Source: Lytechinus pictus
Taxonomy: Eukaryota
DNA length: 60,000 bases
Assembly (NCBI RefSeq): GCF_037042905.1
Contig: NC_087252.1
Span: 19,284,001-19,344,000 of the forward strand
Direction: 5' to 3'
Part shown: in pieces, positions 1 through 42,660 of the stretch
Layout: every line of letters begins with the position of its first letter
Position numbering within the stretch: position 1 is the first letter of the stretch
Position numbers and translations under genes: made by a program
The notes under the pieces: generated by a model
What the model saw: the letters and a program-made list of their open reading frames with translations, nothing else
The model's database searches: none
Told to the model about the DNA's origin: nothing

Positions 1-67
1 AAGAAAGGATCACCAGTCGTTCTTAAAGTCGCTCTTAACTTACGAACAGCTTTATGAAACGGACCCC
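1..67. mobile_element. Right end of a Harbinger-like MITE (same family as 31276-31447)
   Basis: Terminal CTTACGAACAGCTTTATGAAACGGACCC followed by CAG; closely matches the right arm of 31276-31447. Confidence 0.7.
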
Positions 68-170
68 AGGATTAAAGGAACATAACGTCTTCGTTGCAGG
101 TCAAGTTGTCTGAATTTATGAGGAGATGGCTCTGGAATGTGTCATAAAATATGTTGCAACTTTAAATGCT

Positions 171-731
171 TCAGTCTGTTTTCTCAAATATCTTAGCGAG
201 TTGAGGCTGCCTAGCTCTGATAGCCAGGGACAATGTCTTGTAGGCTTGTGGTCCTTTGTCCGATAATGAATCCACCATAATCCTTGCCTTGTCCTCTTTA
301 CTAGCACCTGCCCTTATTCTGTTACAGTCATTGCTGGTTAGGGTGCCCTCTTGCTTCATGTAATCCACAAGATCTTCAGTCTGGATGTTCAGAATGAGCG
401 AATCTCGGCGCTTCAGGACGCGGTTCCGTTCAAACTCCCCGTTCTCTTTGTCCGACGCGCACACGGCGGTATCGTCCAGCTTGCGGACGATGTGCGCATA
501 TCGCTCGCGGAGCGCGTACCGGAAATGCTGATATGCCATGGTGTCTTTGGTCATGATGAGGTTGAGAAGACGTCGTGCGCGCTCCTGGCGGGATTTGACG
601 GCGTAGATCTTGTCGACTTCGAATGACGTCAGGACGGTTCCGTTGAGGTAAAGGCATACTTGTTCGGCATCGATCTCCTCAGCGATGATGTCTGCATTCT
701 GCTGGAGCTTTTCTTTGTACCGGACGTCCAT
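171..731 (-). CDS. Tandem CARD (CARD-CARD) death-fold protein, 186 aa, single coding exon
   Basis: Two ~85-aa repeats with CARD-like patterns (VLTSFEVDKI..SRQERARRLLNLIMTKDTMAYQHFRYAL; TLTSNDCNRI..SKEDKARIMVDSLSDKGPQAYKTL). In-frame TGA 6 nt upstream of the ATG. Polypyrimidine+CAG acceptor at 818-840 implies an upstream non-coding exon. Confidence 0.8.
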   Translation of the reverse strand: MDVRYKEKLQQNADIIAEEIDAEQVCLYLNGTVLTSFEVDKIYAVKSRQERARRLLNLIMTKDTMAYQHFRYALRERYAHIVRKLDDTAVCASDKENGEFERNRVLKRRDSLILNIQTEDLVDYMKQEGTLTSNDCNRIRAGASKEDKARIMVDSLSDKGPQAYKTLSLAIRARQPQLAKIFEKTD

Positions 732-883
732 CTTCTTTCACGTGACCTCCAAAGTTCTGTCGAAGCTGCGACGATTGTGAAAATAGGCCTATTGACTTTC
801 AAATTGGACGGAATGATCTGCAAGTGAGAAAGTCAGAAAAAATGGGCAAAATAAGCAATGCAAACACAAATTAACAACCAAAA

Positions 884-1148
884 GGGCCTTTTCACACGTG
901 AATCTTGAATCATCATTGTAATGATGATTGCAATTCGTTTTTAGAATCATCAGACCTTTCACACGGAAAATTTGTACCGTAATTTGAGTGAAACTTAACT
1001 GGAATTCACCTCCGGAGTAGAATTTGAATATGTGATTAGCGTTCGTGATTCTAGTTTTGTTTCATACGTGCTAAATATTCGTCATTAGCCTTATTTTCCA
1101 CTGGAATCATCATTCAAATTACTTTCTTTTTACCGTGTGAAAGGGCGG
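884..1148. mobile_element. MITE (Harbinger-like TIRs)
   Basis: GCCTTTTCACACG ... CGTGTGAAAGGGC inverted ends. Confidence 0.55.
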
Positions 1149-1383
1149 AAATAAAGTGATTGAACCGATCATCATGCGTTCTCATGCACCATGCCTACAC
1201 TTCCCCTAAAAAATAGGGATTTTAAAACACAATGTACTTCATTTAAACTAGAGTCGCCATAATCATGATAAGATCAGACGAGTCCACAAAATACACCTTG
1301 CAGAGGCGGCGGAGCGAAATTGAAAGTGTTGGGGCACAGTGAAAAAACGGCACCTATTCTTTCGAAAAGGGTACTATCTTAAA

Positions 1384-1649
1384 CATGGCCGTATGCAGAA
1401 ATTTTTCGCTGGGGAGAGGGGGGGGGGGCAGCATGCATAAACATTTGGGGGGGGGGAATCGAAAGCGAGGGAGTGAAGTAGCGAGCTTATCATTGAGGCA
1501 CTTTTGAATTTTTGTAAAGTGAAATTGTTGGATTTTGTGCATATTTTTGGTGAATTTTGTGAAAATCTATACAGTAAAAAAAATATGTGTGTTTTCAAAA
1601 TTTCGGGGAGGGGGGTATCTGCCCCCCCCCCCCGCTGCATACGGCCATG
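1384..1649. mobile_element. MITE with 15-bp TIRs and poly-G/poly-C subtermini
   Basis: CATGGCCGTATGCAG ... CTGCATACGGCCATG. Confidence 0.7.
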
Positions 1650-2619
1650 ATAACTCTTAAAACAAATGCATATGGAAAACTAGCGGACAGAAGGTCCTCG
1701 CTGCACGCGCGCACCCTTATAACACGCAGAATTCCCTTGCATTATACCCTTTTTTCACAAACAAATGTGTATCAAGGACAAGCGTTGATTCAGATAGAAT
1801 TTCCGCCCCCCTGAAATGAATGGTAACAACTTCTTCTATCAGATGACCATAATTTTTTTTACATTCAGTTGGTGGGAAATATGGCACTTTACTACACTAA
1901 AATCACTCAAAACCATCCATAGTCAGGAATATGTATTGGGATAATGGGTTTGGGGGACATTTTTATAGTACCCGGGTGGATTATATCCGTCGTCACATCG
2001 CTGGGTGGTGGTATCATGAATTTCCGCCCAGATTATAATAAAGGGCACATTGTAAGGCAAATACTCATGAAAGAACCATGGAGATTGGTTAATAAGGAAA
2101 TAGGGCACTTTTATCATCAAATCAGAGGAGATTTTCTTTGTGATAGTGATGTCCGAAGAGCAAACCTACACTCGTGACGGGTCCATTATGTATACGAGGG
2201 GTGCATCCTAGCTTACCACTGCATAGCTAAGTCTGAAAATTAAGTTTTACTTATTTCTTTCATTTTATAATGATGTTTAAATGTTCAAACAACGATAATT
2301 CATGAAAATTGACTCAAAATATTGCGAATCAATGCTAAAACATTATCTGTGTATACATTTTATCCCTCTGTAATGCTATTTCCCCCATAAAGCCGCAATG
2401 GAACATTCCGCACCACTAGTCATACGATGATCGCGAGGTCTGCAAACGTCGTCTGCTATGTTTTTACATGTCCGGTACACTGCATACAAGTTTTCGATAT
2501 GCTTCTCTACCGCACTGACATGCCTCATAAAACTTAGGGCATATGTAGGTTAATTTTTACAAGTTTTTTTCATTTCATATGCACTCGTAGAAAGAAGCAG
2601 AACGGCGCTAAATAAAGAA

Positions 2620-3260
2620 ACCGGGCGCTCATCGGGCACGAAAAGAGTGTTTTTTTTCAGGATATGAAGAACAGACGACTACGAGAAGGCAATGGGACAC
2701 TCGTCAACACATAAACCAGGTCCTTCTCAGGTGAAAGGGACAGAACACGTCCGTGTGTGCTTTTTCTTAGGTAAAAAGGGGCACTGATAAGAGAAAGGGC
2801 ACCTATAAGAAGGCAACGGGGCACTTGCTAACGGCATAAAACGGGCCCTTCTCAGGTGAGACGGGCACAGGACATGTTCGTGAGGGGCACTTTTCTTGGG
2901 TAAAAAGGGGCACTGATACGAGAAAAGACACCTATAAGATGGCAAGAGGGCACTTGCTCAGACATAAAACGGGTTCTTCTCAGGTGAAAGGGGCACAGAA
3001 CACGATCGTGAGGGGGATTTTGGGGTAAACTTTGGCACACTGATACAAGATTATGGTACATGCTAACACATGAAACGGGTCCTTCTCAGGTGAAAAGGAC
3101 ACAGAACACGTCGGCAATGAGGAGGGCTTTTTTGGAGAAAAAAATGGCACTTATACGAGAAAGGGCACTTGGAAACACCTAAAACGGGTCCTCTTCCAAT
3201 GAAAGAGGCACTGCACACGTTCATGAGGGGGCATTTTTCTTGCGTAAAAAGGTCACCTTT
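2620..3260. repeat. Degenerate tandem repeat, ~110-128 bp unit rich in AAAAGGGGCAC
   Basis: TTCTCAGGTGA recurs at ~2724, 2848, 2976 and 3083. Confidence 0.8.
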
Positions 3261-6200
3261 TCAGTGCTTCAAAAAGTGGGGGGGGGGGGGCACTTTGTCC
3301 CCCCCCCCGAACCCCAGGATCGCCGCCCCCTGACACCATAGGCGGCCACGCTAGAATTCCTATTGTGATGGATTGGCGGAGGAGGGGGGGGGGTGTGCAA
3401 GGGTGACTATATTATAAAGTTAACACGGCCCTGCTGATCTCTGTTTTTATACTCTATATCCTCTTTTTTCATTACTTGAAATATCATAAGGCGGTGGCCC
3501 CTCTGCCCACCCCTCTCCCCTGACGCCGCCCTCGCCATACATAGTACACAACGTTTAGAAACTATGGAGGTGAGTACTCAATCTCCGTCAGTGTTCAATT
3601 AAAGCAAGCATTAAATAAAATAGTTCATATTAATAAAGTGATAGGCCTACACATAGAAAAAAAAAATTGACATCGGCACACGCAGCATGACTTTACAAAA
3701 ATCATTACAAACATGACAAACCTGCACACAAATAAAATGCGTCCTACCTTGTCTTTAAAGACAACGACAGAAGCCCAAAATATACATTATTTGAAAGATA
3801 AGACGAGGTATAACACTAACACAACAATTCAAGTTCCATTCATTGTCATGATTACCCATTATTGTTTTGTAGACACCATGGTGTATATTACTTTAGAAAC
3901 GCTCAAATTCATGAGTTTTGAAAATGCGCTTTGCTGCGCTTATCACCGTACTGAATTTGTACAATTACACGCCATGAATGATATTATGTAAACTGAGCTT
4001 TGACTATTAGTATTTGCATTTGTAGAAATCGATAATTTTTTTTTAGATTGTGAATTTGATGGAATTTTTAAAATCAATTTTACGACGAAAACAACCTGAT
4101 AAATACAGCTCTATACATAAAAAAAAAAACTTTCGGGGGGTGGAGTATTTTCAAAGTTATGTATATAAGAAGATGAAATGTTGACAGTTGCTGACAAAAA
4201 TGCCCCCTTCAATTATGTTATCAATTGAAAGTATACCCCCGTCTTTATCATTAACACGATTTGCTGGCTGACACTTTCCACATCAGTTGCGAAAAACAGA
4301 AATCAAAATATGCTACTCACCCTGAAATGATGACGCCTATAAGCAGGGCACATCAATCACATTTGAAATCATTATGGTTAGCCCGAAATAATATCAGTAT
4401 AGTGTGAGTTATACTCATGCTTCAATACACACAGACATAGAAACGTTTATGACCTTCGTTTGCATTGAATTGAAGTTGACTGTTTTTTTATTGTCAGTGA
4501 TCATTCAATTACGTCACAAAAGCATACAATTCCGTCATTGAGTCATTTTAACTCAATAGAAAAAAAAATTCACAAAAATATGTATAAAGTTGGTTACCGT
4601 GGTGATTTAAAAAATGACATTGCTGGGTGGCAATATTTCTAATTCAATAGACGGCTCAAACAATGTTGATGAGAGTTATGGTCCATTGATTTCGCCGGGT
4701 ATTCAAACAAGATATCTGTACCCACTAAAATCATGGCGTCGGTTTACTTGCCTTATTTATAGAAAATGTGATTTTGTTTTGTAATAGTAATATTTATTTC
4801 ATTCAGTTCAAATCATACAAGTAATGGTACATTGCAAAATGTTACAATGAAAATCAACAAAAACACTGTTCATAAAAACAAATAACTATTCTTAATACGG
4901 AAAATGGGAAAAATCTTAGTACTTTTAATTCATACAGGCGGATAATCATTCGTAACCAAAAAAGGGGGAAACATTAGCCATTTATAACCACTGAAAATTC
5001 ACAAAAGCACATTTTAATAGTTATGCAGAAAATATTCCATTGCTCAATGTTTAATGGAACTGAATGAAACTTACAATATAAAAGGAGAAAGTATCATAAG
5101 CTTCCAAGTGAGTGATATTAAGGAACGATTCCTTGTTTGCTCTTGTACGAGAGAAAATGATTTTGATGTCCGGAAAAATAGGTTCAAGTCAATTGGTGGG
5201 AGGAATTCTATATGATTTATTATCGATACGGGGCATTTGCGGTCATAAGAGCCCTGGCAGTTGCATCATATAACATAATGACTGACTTAATAGCCGAAAT
5301 AAAGAGATGGTTTAAGAATATAAATAACATACGAAACAGGCCCTATGTAAAGACAATTTGAGAATATAATTTCGATAAATCTTGGCAACTTCTTGTTTTT
5401 CACTAAATGAAAATTTAAATATGATAGGAAATTGTTTCAGGCCTTACCAATGTATTTTTCCCATCTTTGATCATAATATTTCACATATTTTTAGTTCAAA
5501 TTGAAAAGACTAAATTTTGCTCATTTTAGATTTCCTGAAATGCGGAACAGTTGCTGAACAATCGTCATCATTAATGAAACAATAGGGGGCAATATAAGCT
5601 AAATCGGACTAAAATTATCCAGCATTAACAATATTACAAAATTGGCACAGCAAATGATTATGCTAGATAAAACACTTTTCAAATGTGAACTAGCATGACC
5701 TTTCAAAGTATATGACAACAGCCTCAACACAGTGCGTCCCAGAGAAGGGAAACTCATTTTTGAGAGCCTGTATCCCAGTCATGAAATGCATTTTGGATCT
5801 GACATTGATAGAATGAGTGGAATCCTGAGACCCAATCTCGCCGCGTCGCGCATAGCAGATATTATGACCTATATAAAAACACAAACAATTTGGGAAGAAA
5901 TTCATATTGACGTTTGAATCCGTCCTCATTCTCATGTACAATTCTAATGAACAGAATATTTTAAAAAATCCCCCAGAAATGCTAATGATCCATTCAGTCA
6001 TCCTCTTCTCACTCACTCTCGTATACCTCGAAATAAATATTGACCCATGCTTTTATGTGCAACATATGGTTTTGGCATTGAAATGTAAAATTCTTCATCA
6101 ATTTATCAAATGCATAAACTTTATGTGCCATAAAGGTATTATACAAAAAAGAGGGGGGGGGGGGAGAACTTGATGATCGAGATAGATCATAAACAATTTG

Positions 6201-7219
6201 CCAATGCTAAATAAGAAATAGGCCTTAATTTATGAAACCTAAGGCTTAAGTTTTTTGTGGAACGCACTTAATGTACACATTATAAACATCTTTGACTCTA
6301 CTAATCCCAAAATTAAAAAACATATCTTTACTCTTTAAATATACACTTATGATTTTGTCGTCATCGTAGGCCAACATAACATTTGGTTTGACCATCTATA
6401 AATTCTATATGAATTATACATAGGTGTATATTCTTTATCATTGAGATGAGACGAGACTTTGTTTGTGACGATTGTTTGTGACGATTTAGAAAGTTGTAGG
6501 CATATACATGTACGGCCGGTCTATTCCGAATCGAAAGATTTGGCAAAGATTTAGTTTGATTGAACAAATGGTAAGACTTCGCTTTACCTTCAGTTTTTAG
6601 TGCATGTTTACTCATTGTTAATTTCCCAACACGGCATTTTAGCTTTTCAGAATGACAACTGATCAAATGCGTGGCGCCGCGGCGCTCCGAATAGAAAACA
6701 CACTCAAGTATCACAATACTCAATATGTTTTTTTACGTTAGAAACAACCATTTAAGCCCGTTTTTACCTGGAAATTCAAGTGATATTATCTTATATAAAC
6801 ATGCAATCCTTGCTAATCATATACAACATACTATCATCTAAATTGAAAAAAAGTGAAATAGAACATATATATATTTACCTTGTAATACATCACTTGCACT
6901 GTTAATGCTTTTCGAAAAACATATACAAGAATGGTGTATATTCTTACTATACGTAATGCGTGAAAATATGGTGTTCTGCGGTGACATTAGACTGAAATTG
7001 TGTTCGTACATTAGTCACAATCGCGAAGTAAATATTATGGCCAATTTGTTGGACTAATAAAAATACTTTTGTTCAGTTTATATATATTGAAAATATAAAT
7101 TTTACCATCATTAATTGTAAAAATAATTATTAAAGATTTTAAATATAATTTATATCAATAATAATTTGTTAAATGACTAATATTATAATGAAAACAATAC
7201 TATTTCAAGCAATGTACGC

Positions 7220-7305
7220 ACGTTACTATGGTTCCCAATCGGGTAATCAAGATATGTGATTGACGTATCTGGATTGAACACCTCCATTGCATTGACGATT
7301 GGTTA
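7220..7305 (+). promoter_or_regulatory. Candidate CFAP91 proximal promoter (imperfect RFX X-box plus CCAAT boxes)
   Basis: GTTACTATGGTTCC at 7222-7235, CCAAT at ~7235 and ATTGG at ~7298, 100-175 bp upstream of the ATG of a motile-cilia gene. Confidence 0.35.
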
Positions 7306-7395
7306 CGAAGATATTTTATAACTTCACATTTTTTTTGTTATAAGAAAAAAATAAAGACAAATCAAACCTTTATTCTGATAAAGTAGACTTCCAAG

Positions 7396-36571
<29,176 letters not shown>

Positions 36572-37254
36572 ATCTTTTGGTGTCCATGTTTTCACTAAGA
36601 ATTATCTGTAAAACTTTGTTTACGTCCCTCAATTTTGATTTTAATTACTTACCTGATTTCAGGTATCTTTGCAAAGTCACAATGAAGAAATATCAACTAT
36701 ATACAGGAGTTCTATTTACCCGATTAAACCCTCCTATTTTTTATAATACGATAAAGGGAATCCACAAACTTGACGTTGGGAATTGAATAAAGAATGCAGA
36801 TATATGAATATGACACATTTTCATTGCAAGTTTTGTCAGGTTGGTATATATTTCAGAAATTGTGGTGCTGCCTTTTGTATATTAATGAGACCAGATGCTG
36901 GAGTTGAAAAGAGATTTCATACATCCTCCATTTTCAAATGGATGGGAAGACACCCCAATAACAAATTCTTACAGACAAAAAAGTGAAGACAGAAAACAAA
37001 ATTAAAAGAAAATAATAAGATATTTCTTACATTTCATAAGATTCATTTACAATGCTCACTTACATTGGATTAAGATTAAAACAATGTTGGATTTGATAGC
37101 AAAATTCATATCATCGTGTGATGAAATGTTGATAATTCTCAGGCATATTGGAGTTCTCTCAGTTTAAACAGATAGATCTGTTTTGGTAGACTTAGACATA
37201 CGTGTATGATTAAATTCACTATTTCACCAGTCGCAAGATGTGGTATGAAATAGA

Positions 37255-37610
37255 TTGTACTAATGACTGTTGAAAATTGCATTCCCCTGATCACTGCAGT
37301 AGGTATTAAAAAGATCTAATAACTGCTGAAAAGTGTATTTCACTCATTGTAGTAGGTAATATAATGTACTAATGACTGCTGGTTAGTGTATTTTACTAAT
37401 TGCAGTAGGTAATATAATGTACTGATGACTGCTGAATAGTGTATTCACCAACCATTGCAGTAGGCAATATAATGTACTAATGACCGCTGGTTTAATGTAT
37501 TTCACTGATTGTAGTAGGTAATATAATGTACTAATGACTGCCTGATAGTGTATTTTCACTGATAGAAATTGTACTTATAACCGCTGGATAGTGTATTTCA
37601 CCAATCACTG
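37255..37610. repeat. ~52-56 bp tandem repeat, ~7 copies, downstream of the CFAP91 stop
   Basis: TGTACTAATGACTGCTG..GTGTATT..GTAGGTAATATAA recurs. Confidence 0.85.
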
Positions 37611-38184
37611 CAGCAAAAAATAGTCATCACAGCTTCACCTTGATTTGTCTATAGAGCTGTACAAAAATTTGAAGAATGTCTGTGTGATGTAAATTATCTA
37701 GTATCTATATAGATTTGTAGTGTTGTCTGCTTATCGGCTGGTTCATTGTATGGCACTTTAGAAATTTTCAAACAGGGGAGTGTTTCACAAAGCAACTCTT
37801 CAATGATTTTCACTGACAAAATTGCATTGTGCCAATCAGATGCAAGGATTTCAGTAGCTTATAACAATAGTCGATGAAAATCACTATTTGTTTCATGAAG
37901 CGCTTCCCAGATGCAAAGCATGTGTTATTTATTTATCCAAAGTCGAGTTTCGTCCAAGATGAACCACAAAGTGTGGGCCAAATAGATTTGAATCAGGCAG
38001 GCTTACCTTCATTACAGTTATGTAATTGATTCTATACACTGCACATTTTTGCATCTTGGAACACATTGCTAAGCATACATGCGTTTCCAGTTTACAATTG
38101 ATGTGTTATGAACATGTTACAAGCAAATGTCAGAAACTTATTTCAGTCGATGTTAAGCTAGTGTTCAAGCCAAAGTGCTATCAG

Positions 38185-38722
38185 GACACCGTCTTACAAA
38201 AAGTCACTATTGATCCAATCAACCACAACTATGGAAAGCCAGCAAGGCCAACATCTAAAATGCATGTTTGCTCAAATCTTTTCGAGATGATGATGTATAC
38301 TCACACATTCATTGCGTCGGCGCATCGTGGTCTAGTGGTTCTGAATCTCGCCTTTCAAACAGAGGGTCGTGGGTTCAAATCCTAGCCATGTACAGCAAGA
38401 AATTTATCCACACTGTGCTGCACCCGACCCAGGTGAGGTGAATGGGTGCCCAGCAGGATTAATTCCTTGCATGCACTGAGCGCCGGTGATGGTAACTAGA
38501 GCTAAAGCCGGGGTATCAATAGCAAGCGCTCTGTATGCTCAGGCAAAGAGCGCTATATAAATCCAGCTATTATTATTGTTGTTGTTTTAACAATTCAGTG
38601 TTTTTACTCTTAGTTTACAAAGGATATTGTGCTAATTTTCTGTAGGAAAAATTATGACAATGATGGATTTCCATATAGTTGAGATTGATGGGATCAATCG
38701 CAAATCTTTGTAAAACGGGACC
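38185..38722. mobile_element. TCTTACAAA-family MITE (CAG TSD) containing a SINE
   Basis: Inverted homolog of 26103-26375, interrupted at 38315-38580. Confidence 0.8.
38319..38580 (+). mobile_element. tRNA-derived SINE, full length
   Basis: A box TGGTCTAGTGG, B box GGTTCAAATCC, (TAT)n tail. Confidence 0.85.
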
Positions 38723-39170
38723 CAGACATGTCACTCGTTCTACAATCACAAGTTACGAGAAGCTGTTGTAAGCTACTGAAATTCTGATAGCTGATTGTCC
38801 TAGAGAAACTTTATCATAGAATTCTAGCATCTGTCATTGATACCAAGCTCTAAGGGAGAAGTTAGCAATTAACTCATCTGCAAGTTGATGGCAATGGGGA
38901 AATTCTTAAGCTTACATATTTTTTCTTAAAAAAAGGGAAAAAAATCACAAACTTGGAACTCACTTTCTCAACTTTTCCTGTAGTTGTCTATTTGTCTATC
39001 AAGTGAGTCAGTAAAAATTTACACCTGAAAAATTTCAAATAAAAAAAAAATTATTCCATGAACACTAAACTATATATCTTGAAAGAGTATCTTCTCTCAA
39101 ATATTTTGAAATCATTTTTATGTGGCATGTGTTTACGCTTGAATACATCCTGATCATCAGAGCGTAAACA

Positions 39171-39330
39171 TAATAATAATAATGATAGGCATTTATATAG
39201 TGCCATCTATCTAGAAATATTCTATTTCGTGGCGCATTGTTTATTATTATTATTATTACCCCAGCTTCAGCTCGAGCTGCCTTTCAGCACTCGGTGCATT
39301 CTAGGAATTAATCCTGCCGGGTGCCCATAC
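39171..39330 (-). mobile_element. SINE 3' fragment
   Basis: Matches 55228-55360. Confidence 0.75.
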
Positions 39331-39454
39331 ATCTTTTGTAGATGATTTTGAATTATTTGGGAGAGGATGCTCTTCTTTCAGGATATATGTGTTCATAATA
39401 AGACATTTACTGAATTAGCAATGTTCAAGGTGTAAAGTGTTTTTCTGACTCACT

Positions 39455-39771
39455 GGCCCGTATTCTAAACTCGGGTTTAAATTAAACCCTGGTTTGAAGT
39501 TGTGGTTTAACTATGGAGAGCAAATTAGGGCACAAATCTCTATTAGTACTTTAGTATATTAGTATTTATTAACTGTTATGGCACTAAAACCATTTAGAAC
39601 TTTCTTAGATAACACCTGAAATATTTTCTTTATTATGAAAGCAAAGGGAATCAAAATAGTAAATATAAGAAATATACAATATAAACAGAATTGTTTAGCT
39701 TTTGGCTTCCCATAATTTGAGACCAGACTTAGACCATGGTTTAGGTTAAACCCGACTTTAGAATACGGACC
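39455..39771. mobile_element. MITE with 3-bp TSD (ACT)
   Basis: ACT|GGCCCGTATTCTAAA ... TTTAGAATACGGACC|ACT. Confidence 0.85.
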
Positions 39772-40944
39772 ACTCAGTTTAACTTTATTTTGTCTTTTGT
39801 TTATTGTCCTCTATTTCTCTGTGTTGTGCCCTGAGAGTTGATATAACCTGGGCAAAGCCAGCATTTGTATTTATCAGATAATCCATCCATTTTGTAAATA
39901 TAATTTGTAAATAGATATATATATATTATTGAAAAAAGTGTTATGCATTATGTGTCTTTGGGAAACAAATATTGTTATGTTTATACTATTTTCATTTGAA
40001 CATTTGACCATGGATTTACATTTTGTTCTGAATACTCTATTATTTGGCCCAATAGTGTTGTGATGCTTCTATTATAATTCATAGATGTATGTAAAAAGCA
40101 TTTATGAGGCGCTGATTATCTAGCTGCCTATTCCATGGCACACTATATATTACCCCGGCTACAGCTCCAGCTGCTAAAGATGAAAGGAAACAAGAAAAAC
40201 TTGACTTAAATGAAAAAAAATGAAATGAATTCATGTGAACTGGGAAAAATAGATTTCAAACAAATATATCATGTCAAGAACAAGATGATATCTACTTTAA
40301 CATTCTTCTATTTTAGAATTGTATAATCTTTTGAAAATCTTTTTGTGTATTGAAATGTATGGAAGCAAGGCTAAATGCAAGCAGTTAAAGCCATACAGGG
40401 AAATTTGATATATTATTGGAAGAACCACGATAATTTTTTTTTTTTTTTTTCCTGGGCTACTTTGCAAATTCACTAGCCTAATTCTGTTACAGTGTATTCC
40501 AATTTATATTGAGCACTATGGGAATTTCCAGGGCGCTTTTTTTTTGTTTTCCAGTGCTCTCCTGGGCATTTCTGGGGTGAATTCACCCTGCGCCTCATGT
40601 ATTTTTCCAGAAAATTGCTTACATTCTCTCATGCAGATTTGTTTACTTTTCTGCAACATTAATATAGTAGTATTAATCTACTCCCTAATTCATTCCCTTG
40701 GCAATCAAGCCCACTTTTATATGCTAGTATTCATTCGATCTTGTGGCCCTTTTTTCATGTTCTTTTCATATTTGGTTACCTTTGTAATTTTTCAATATTT
40801 CTTGCACAATTCTAAATGAGTACAAAACGTGTATGAATGTGTTATGATTCTGTTTCAATGACTGAATAAAAAAAAAAAAAAAGATTTTAAATGAGTGTGC
40901 GATCATTTTGCTATTCTTCAAGTTAATGATCAGAAGCAGTTTAA

Positions 40945-41414
40945 AAGGGAAAGTTAACCCTGACGAAAAGTTTATTGAACAAATAGCAGGGAAGATAATA
41001 GAAAATATTGGTGAAGGTTTGAGGAAAATCCATACAAGAAAAAGAAAGTTATAAGAATTTTCAGGGGTTTCTTTTGTTTCTGATGTCACATACGAGCAGC
41101 TGCCCCATTTGTTATGTAATAGGAAAGACAAAAATTTCACTTTTTTAATGGTTCATGATGACTTAAATATTCTTTTTTCAGGAGCGGATGAGAATAATTT
41201 GTTGATATATACAAAAGGTACAAACCCGTTTTCAATTTTTTGAGAAAATTAAATTTCATTGATTTTTTTATGCACAATGCATCACAATTCAAAAAATAAT
41301 TATATTTCTAATATCCTTTTTAAATCTTTGATGGATTTTGCTCAAACATTCACCAATATTTTCAAATTTTACTGCTTTTTTATAATAGACTTTTTGTTGG
41401 GGTGAACTTCCCCT
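40945..41414. mobile_element. Kolobok-like MITE (TTAA TSD)
   Basis: TTAA|AAGGGAAAGTTAACCC ... GGGTGAACTTCCCCT|TTAA. Confidence 0.75.
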
Positions 41415-41491
41415 TTAATGTGAGTCTGGTTTTCAGAAGGATGATGAAGGCTAATTGGATGTATATGACATGTCTTTGAAAAAAAAGACCA

Positions 41492-41648
41492 GGGCTCTGT
41501 AACACAAAAGTTTGCGATGAATTGCAAATATGAAAGAGCAGCACTGATTGGTTCCTGGTTAATATTCAAACCAAATGCACGTGTTACATTAATCTTGATT
41601 GGCCAGTCCATTTAGCGATTGATCGCTAATCTTTGTGTTACGGAGCCC
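41492..41648. mobile_element. MITE, TAACACAAAG family
   Basis: GGGCTCTGTAACACAAA ... TTTGTGTTACGGAGCCC. Confidence 0.8.
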
Positions 41649-42439
41649 TGGAGAGCAAACTTTTATAGTCCGAGGAAAATGATAGTGGTAAATGTTAGAT
41701 TCCTAATTTGCAGGTAATGATGGTAAATGGAGAGAGAGAAAAATAGAAATGAGTATGAGTGAAGGGGAGGTGCAACCTCTGCATGGAGAGAGAATGATAA
41801 AAAGAGGGAGAAGAGGAGAGTGAAAATAAGAAAAATGGGAAATGAGAGGAAGGGGCTGGGAGATAGAATAAGAAAAAGAGGGAGTGTGGGAGGGGAGAGA
41901 GAATGAAAATGGGTAAGAATGAGAAGGAAAAAAATTTAGGGGGGCAGGCACGGATCCAGGGGGGAGGGGGGCACAGGGGGCATGTGCTCCCCTCCCCCCC
42001 TTTTGAGAAGCAAAATTAAAAATTTGTAATGTAAAAGTGCCATTAAAACAGAGGTGAACCTCCACTTTTGAAATTGAAGAGGAGAAATAGTAATTGGTAA
42101 GAATAAGCAAAAATAGAGAATTACAAGTGAAACCAGAGATATATATATTAGTTTGCGGAATAGAGAGACAGAGTAGCAGTATAATACTCGGGAGTGGAGA
42201 TGTCAAGAAAGAAATCTGTCATGGAAAAGAATAATGCATGGCTTAGATTTTTAATTGGGCTTTATTATTTTATTTCTCATCTCCCATGATTAGGAAACTT
42301 GTTTGACTCTTGCTGGGGAATGTTTCATGAAAGGAGTTTTATCCGACTGTTACCATAGTAACATTGCTTCTCAGCCAATCAAGATCAAGGATAGTTGTCA
42401 CATGCGACTTCTCGGACCATAAATATTGATGAAAGACCC

Positions 42440-42660
42440 CTATTCTTTACCCTCTTCTCCCTTCTGCGCTGTCTTTTCCTTTTCCGCCTGTCTTTGCCGA
42501 TTTCTCTTCCCCTCTCTCTCTCTCTTACCCCCCCCATTTCTCTCTATCTCTCTCCCACCCTCTGTGTCTATCTCACCACCTCTCTCTCCAGTCCTCATAC
42601 TCTGTCTGTCTCTCTCTTTCTCTTCTCCCCTCTCTCCAGCCCATACCCCCTCCCTCCCAA
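42440..42660. repeat. CT-rich low-complexity tract
   Basis: Direct reading. Confidence 0.8.

Larger units (their letters stand above)
1301..3332. mobile_element. Putative old hAT-like non-autonomous element carrying an internal tandem repeat and a nested MITE
   Basis: CAGAGGCGGCG ... CGCCGCCCCCTG termini; flanks ACACCTTG/ACACCATA may be a decayed 8-bp TSD. Confidence 0.4.

Noticed and set aside
351..657. Overlapping ORFs 351-626(+), 430-657(-) and 629-823(-)
   Set aside because: Shadow frames of the GC-rich CARD exon; no recognisable motifs
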